A DNA stretch of 56,138 bases. It comes from Planctomycetota bacterium (GTDB lineage Bacteria; Planctomycetota; UBA1135). The notes below the pieces were generated by a model, which was given only the letters and a program-made list of their open reading frames with translations, had not been told where the DNA came from and searched no databases. The translations under genes and the position numbers were made by a program. Position 1 is the first letter of the stretch. The number at the start of each line of letters is the position of its first letter. This document shows positions 55,004 to 56,138 of the stretch, piece by piece. The stretch lies in NCBI GenBank assembly GCA_014382805.1, contig JACNIZ010000216.1, positions 1 to 56,138 on the forward strand, written 5' to 3'.

Positions 55004-55068
55004 TTTTTAGAATAATTCTAAAAATTGTAAACAATTGCCTCGCCACATCAATATTTCCCAAATATTGA
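55004..55068. promoter_or_regulatory. Cluster of three AT-rich perfect palindromes in the divergent promoter region upstream of lepB
   Basis: TTTTTAGAAT-A-ATTCTAAAAA (55004-55024), AATTGT-AA-ACAATT (55023-55036) and TCAATATTT-CCC-AAATATTGA (55048-55068). Confidence 0.35.
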
Positions 55069-55071
55069 CCG

Positions 55072-55578
55072 ATGGTGAGGTGGATGAGTGTGCCCTCAAC
55101 TCACGCTTCGAATTCGCAATCCGGCGCGGTCCATTTTCGTCGCATCGTTCTGTGGCTAGGCCTGCTGGCTGCATTACTGCTGGAACCACTACGCTTTGCG
55201 CCGGTTCACGGATCTAGCATGGAACCTACGCTAGTCGAAGGCGATTTAGTCTGTTTCCAAGTTCTACCTTCAGGCCAGCTGCCACAGCGAGGGGAGTTGG
55301 TTGTATTCCATTCGCCGACGCGACCCGGCAAGATGTTCGTCAAGCGCTTGGTCGGTTTGCCTGGCGACGAATTACGTTTCGCCCACGGCCAATTGGTGGT
55401 AAATGGCTTACCGTTAGCTTTGCCCACCAGCGCGGTGGAGCGAAATTATTCATTATCTACACGCGTGCCGGCCGGCTGTTTTTTCGCCATCGGCGACCAC
55501 GCGTCGGTTTCCTATGACTCACGCGAATTTGGTTCGGTGCGGCAGGATTTGCTGGTAGGTCGGCTTTTAGGTTTTTAA
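55072..55578 (+). CDS. lepB: Signal peptidase I (S26 family)
   Basis: GSSMEPTL (catalytic Ser), VKRLVGLPGD (catalytic Lys box) and GDHASVSYDSR (box E). Confidence 0.88.
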   Translation: MVRWMSVPSTHASNSQSGAVHFRRIVLWLGLLAALLLEPLRFAPVHGSSMEPTLVEGDLVCFQVLPSGQLPQRGELVVFHSPTRPGKMFVKRLVGLPGDELRFAHGQLVVNGLPLALPTSAVERNYSLSTRVPAGCFFAIGDHASVSYDSREFGSVRQDLLVGRLLGF

Positions 55579-55602
55579 AGTCGCCTCGGTCGCAAACCGC
55601 TG

Positions 55603-56136
55603 TCATGCGCTGACGACGGCATTGCTCAAATGTAATAGGTCCTTTCCATCTGCCGAACTCAGCTTTACTTCCAAAACGTCGCCCGGCTCCACTGCGCCGA
55701 CGCCAGCGGGGGTGCCTAAAAACACGACGTCGCCTGGATAGAGTGGCAGCCATTTACTTAACTCCACCAACGCTTGCGCCGGCGGCCACAACATATCCGC
55801 TAAGGATGCTTGCTGGCGCACTTCGCCATTCACAACGCCATGCAAGTGAAACAACTCAAAGTCCCGTAGCGCCGACGTCGGCAGCCAACCCGGACCTATA
55901 GACCCAAAGGTAGCGACGTTTTTGCTCCGTAGCCAAGGCCAGCTTTTTTTCTTATCCTCGCTTTGAACGCCGCGCGCGGTCAGGTCATTGCCCAAGGAAT
56001 AACCAGCAATCGCCGCCGCCGCTTGCTCCAGCGTGGCAGCGCGCAAAGGGGCGCACAGGAGCAAAACCAGTTCGGCTTCGGGATCCACCCGCCCCGGCAG
56101 CCAGGTCGGGATTTCAAAGTTCTGCTGATGGCCCAC
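55603..56136 (-). CDS. Fumarylacetoacetate hydrolase (FAH) family protein, N-terminus truncated by the window edge
   Basis: The ORF is open at the window end. Motifs ELVLL, GYSLGNDLTAR and LYPGDVVFLGTPAGVG are typical of FAH-family hydrolases/isomerases. Confidence 0.85.
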   Translation of the reverse strand: MGHQQNFEIPTWLPGRVDPEAELVLLLCAPLRAATLEQAAAAIAGYSLGNDLTARGVQSEDKKKSWPWLRSKNVATFGSIGPGWLPTSALRDFELFHLHGVVNGEVRQQASLADMLWPPAQALVELSKWLPLYPGDVVFLGTPAGVGAVEPGDVLEVKLSSADGKDLLHLSNAVVSA

Positions 56137-56138
56137 CA

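Noticed and set aside
1-56138. CRISPR arrays, IS elements/transposases, integrases, rRNA, toxin-antitoxin pairs
   Set aside because: By eye I saw no regularly spaced direct repeats. No ORF has DDE transposase, tyrosine/serine recombinase or typical TA motifs. This was a visual check only, so a tool-based scan is needed to confirm.

Overview
This is a chromosomal window from a diderm, LPS-making bacterium. The domain repertoire (LpxC-FabZ fusion, DUF1080, PmoA-like DUF6807, Gfo/Idh/MocA, many secreted hypotheticals) suggests the PVC superphylum, but that is inference only. Layout: (1) 1-11.3 kb is a housekeeping block on the + strand: glmU(partial)-prs-ctc-pth-rpsF-rpsR-rplI-dnaB, then bamA-skp-lpxC/fabZ-lpxA-oxidoreductase. 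(2) 12.1-20.5 kb is a minus-strand Cu/Ag-type RND efflux operon (cusC-cusB-cusA) with a small Cys-rich secreted protein at its 5' end and a four-repeat YHS/TRASH-like periplasmic protein at its 3' end. (3) 20.6-37.7 kb holds mixed metabolism and translation genes: trmB, an AlkC-like gene, an aminotransferase, a tightly packed minus-strand string (beta-propeller, trmFO, pruA, a ferredoxin-membrane fusion, glcD, glcE), a DUF4139 gene with an atypical receiver, gltX, and a TlpA-like redoxin. (4) A tRNA-Met(CAT) with a terminator sits at 37.77-37.89 kb. It is followed by an accessory-looking, partly lower-GC block (38.0-44.6 kb): an old-yellow-enzyme flavoprotein with a Tat-like leader, two small secreted proteins, an SGNH/DUF303 esterase, a 157-aa hypothetical, and a 680-aa B12-binding radical SAM enzyme with a non-canonical Cys motif. 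(5) 44.7-56.1 kb holds an esterase-DUF1080 gene, a bicupin-DUF6807 gene, a kinase/phospho-lyase fusion, queF, an LptF/G-like pair, a lipoprotein, lepB and a partial FAH-family gene. I saw no CRISPR array, transposase, integrase or rRNA. The best candidates for something undescribed are: the ferredoxin-ICMT-like membrane fusion where GlcF would be expected; the two Cys-rich periplasmic accessory proteins of the cus operon; and the orphan RiPP-type radical SAM enzyme in the tRNA-adjacent block. All functional calls come from by-eye motif recognition, with no database search.
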